Positions 61,902-64,000 of a stretch of 64,000 bases of DNA are shown one piece after another. The position numbers and the translations under genes are program-made. Source of the DNA: Macrostomum hystrix (taxonomy: Eukaryota; Animalia; Platyhelminthes); NCBI GenBank assembly GCA_950097015.1, contig CATNEN010000025.1, forward strand, positions 4,340,001 through 4,404,000, in the 5' to 3' direction. The notes beneath the pieces were generated by a model. That model saw only the letters and a list, made by a program, of their open reading frames with translations. It was not told the DNA's origin and did no database searches. Each line of letters starts with the position of its first letter. Positions within the stretch are counted from its first letter, which is position 1.

Positions 61902-62789
61902 GCCTGCCAACCCTTGAGATTCAGTTACCTTGTGTTTTGAAACTTTCGCGAGGTTAAGCTAAACTTTTTGGGTATAATAGACTTAAAGTTTTAGTCTATA
62001 TAGAGCTAGTTAAATCAATTCGAGCGTTTGTGGTACCTGCTTAGATTTATTAGTTAATACCATTCTGTGCTTGATTCTTTCTTTGAGATTCTTTCAGATT
62101 TTTTAAATAACTGTGAATATTTTTTAGTTATTTACCATCTTTTAGAGACTAATTTTTTTATAAATTTTCGAATGATTAAGAAAATTAATTTCAAATATAT
62201 ATGCATAAAATTTCTGTCCCTTATTAATTTTTAGTTCCATGAATGACCTTGTGAGTTTTAATTAGCATTTCGGCGTCACTGTCAAGATTTTAAGTGCCGA
62301 ATATCAATATTATCATTGAAATGAATAGTCTATGGGCTCTGATTAAACAAACCGATAGTGGGTGCAGGTAGTATCTGTTGTGTTGTCATTCGAGTTTCGA
62401 CGTCAACGTTGTTTTCCCTAATCAATCTAGCTCAGACAATTTATTCTCAGTCTCAGATCTGTTCCAAGTAAGTTAGTCGTTCGCACCCAGGCTCTGAAGC
62501 GCACCCTTGGGCGCTGCGTTTTGTTACCTGAGAGCGTATACATTGTTGGTGCTGTTGTGTTGAATCTAAGTCGATTTGTTCAATTTAAGAGCTGTATCTT
62601 CGTAACATTTTAACGGTGCTTTTTCCCCAATCAAAGGTAGGTAGGCTTTCTTTTTTTTCATAGCAAAGGAGCAAAGAAATATGTTACTGTAAAATATAAG
62701 AACTACCGTTACATGAAGGGCTGCGGTGAGACCACATACATTAATGGTGTAGCAATGAAGAGACGGCTTCGAAGCTTTTCGTGCAGTTT

Positions 62790-62960
62790 ACATCCGTAAG
62801 GGCCAGGCCTCAAGGCACAGGGAGAGTATACACTGCCTGGCGATTAGAAAGTATATGTTCACATGCAGTGTGCCTGCTGCGTGCAATTGCATGTTACACG
62901 TGCAGTTAGTTGCTTTCGGCTTAGTGAAGTGGGGCCAGAATTGCAACTTTGCTTGCAAGT
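62790..62960 (+). mobile_element. Partial SINE family A body
   Basis: ctcaaggcacag...agtatacactgcctggc...agaaagt matches 8330-8370; no head seen. Confidence 0.5.
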
Positions 62961-63013
62961 AGTGGCAGCTTAAGTCACAGCAGTCTGGGGAGCTAACATT
63001 GTTTGCCTTTCAG

Positions 63014-63197
63014 ATGCTAAGCAACAACTGACAAACCTTTGCGTTGGCAAAGCTGGTGGCTTGGATTCTCTCAAGTGGCGTCTTGGCGGCTACGCCTGTG
63101 GCTTCCGCATCGAGCAGCTCGAGTGCGCCCTAGTTCAGCGGCTTCTACAGCGTAGCCGTCAGCGTCCACCTCTGATCGTCTCGTATATCAGGATCTG
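63014..63197 (+). CDS. Possible exon of an unidentified gene
   Basis: GC-rich island with ctttcag acceptor and TG|gtaatc donor; open frame AKQQLTNLCVGKAGGLDSLKWRLGGYACGFRIEQLECALVQRLLQRSRQRPPLIVSYIRI. No family recognised. Confidence 0.3.
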
Positions 63198-64000
63198 GTA
63201 ATCAGGATGCTTATTAAAAATATTGCTTTACATTTTCCCATCCCAAATTCGTATTTATATAGTGACCTAAGAAAAGGTCACGCCCTTTTAAGTCTTTTAA
63301 TACAGTGAATCGCATGGCATATCAAGTTTTCTTTCGACACAGAATACTCTGAACTATATAAAAAGGGCATTCAAAACTGCTTGTCATGTAGATATGATAG
63401 CCCGGGTCATTGAGTTATCGAAAACAATTCTCACTATTATGCAAGTTGGAACCTGCAATTTTTGCCTTTATCGCGCTTTATCAGAAAGTAGATTTTGCTT
63501 TACACTTCGTGCCCAGGCTCTGGAGCGTACCATATGACGCTGCCTTTTTATATCTTGACAGTGTAGTATATAGTTGTTATATGAGTGGCTCTGTCAGAGT
63601 TTATATAGGTTCAGATCAAGGACAATTTACTCCTTGTGCATAGTGCATCTCTCAGAGAAGTCGGTAGATTTGATTCTCAGCCCAAGGGATGCTGTTTGTG
63701 ACTTTCCCTAATGATGCACTTAACCTAGCTACAAAATGGCTTCATGCAGTATCTGGGGTAGAAACTTAGATTGTTTTGGGGAGGCCGCTTAAATTTGTTC
63801 GATGCATAGGAAATTAAGCATTTCTCTTCGCGTCTCAATTTGGTCTTTGTTGCATTAAATTAGTGAGATCTTTGCCCTTGGCTGTTTCCGAAACTTTCAT
63901 TATTACAATCGTTGACTCAATCTCTTGAACTGTATTTTTTAGCTTCATAGGGATTACTGAATATTTTAAATTCCAACAAAAATTTAGTCCAGAACCGCGG

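Noticed and set aside
23750-62073. Inverted duplication as a fold-back read artefact
   Set aside because: The arms differ by diverged introns, a 635-bp insertion and different cassettes, which a fold-back chimera would not produce. Mis-joining of haplotypes is not excluded.

Overview
Eukaryotic, intron-rich animal DNA. The polyQ proteins, minisatellite-filled introns and short introns suggest a flatworm such as Macrostomum (inference only). Recognisable genes, with exons rebuilt by hand from splice sites and phases: the 5' part of an FNDC3-family gene (minus, runs off the left edge), a complete 8-exon POFUT2 (plus, ~442 aa, C-terminal REDL), a 2-exon coiled-coil gene (minus) and an Iroquois/Irx homeobox gene (plus). 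The dominant feature is a ~12-kb inverted duplication (about 23.75-36.1 kb and 50.4-62.07 kb) enclosing Irx. Each arm carries a divergently transcribed gene made of a signal-peptide exon plus 12 one-domain exons (internal ones phase 1-1, 204-208 aa). The predicted product is a ~2,470-aa secreted protein built from a 2-Cys domain I cannot name. The two paralogues hold different combinations of the Cys-loop half of the domain, consistent with segmental gene conversion between modules. The rest is a decayed LINE, two tRNA-derived SINE families, a hAT MITE that carries a minisatellite, and about 17 tandem-repeat arrays that generate most of the spurious long ORFs.
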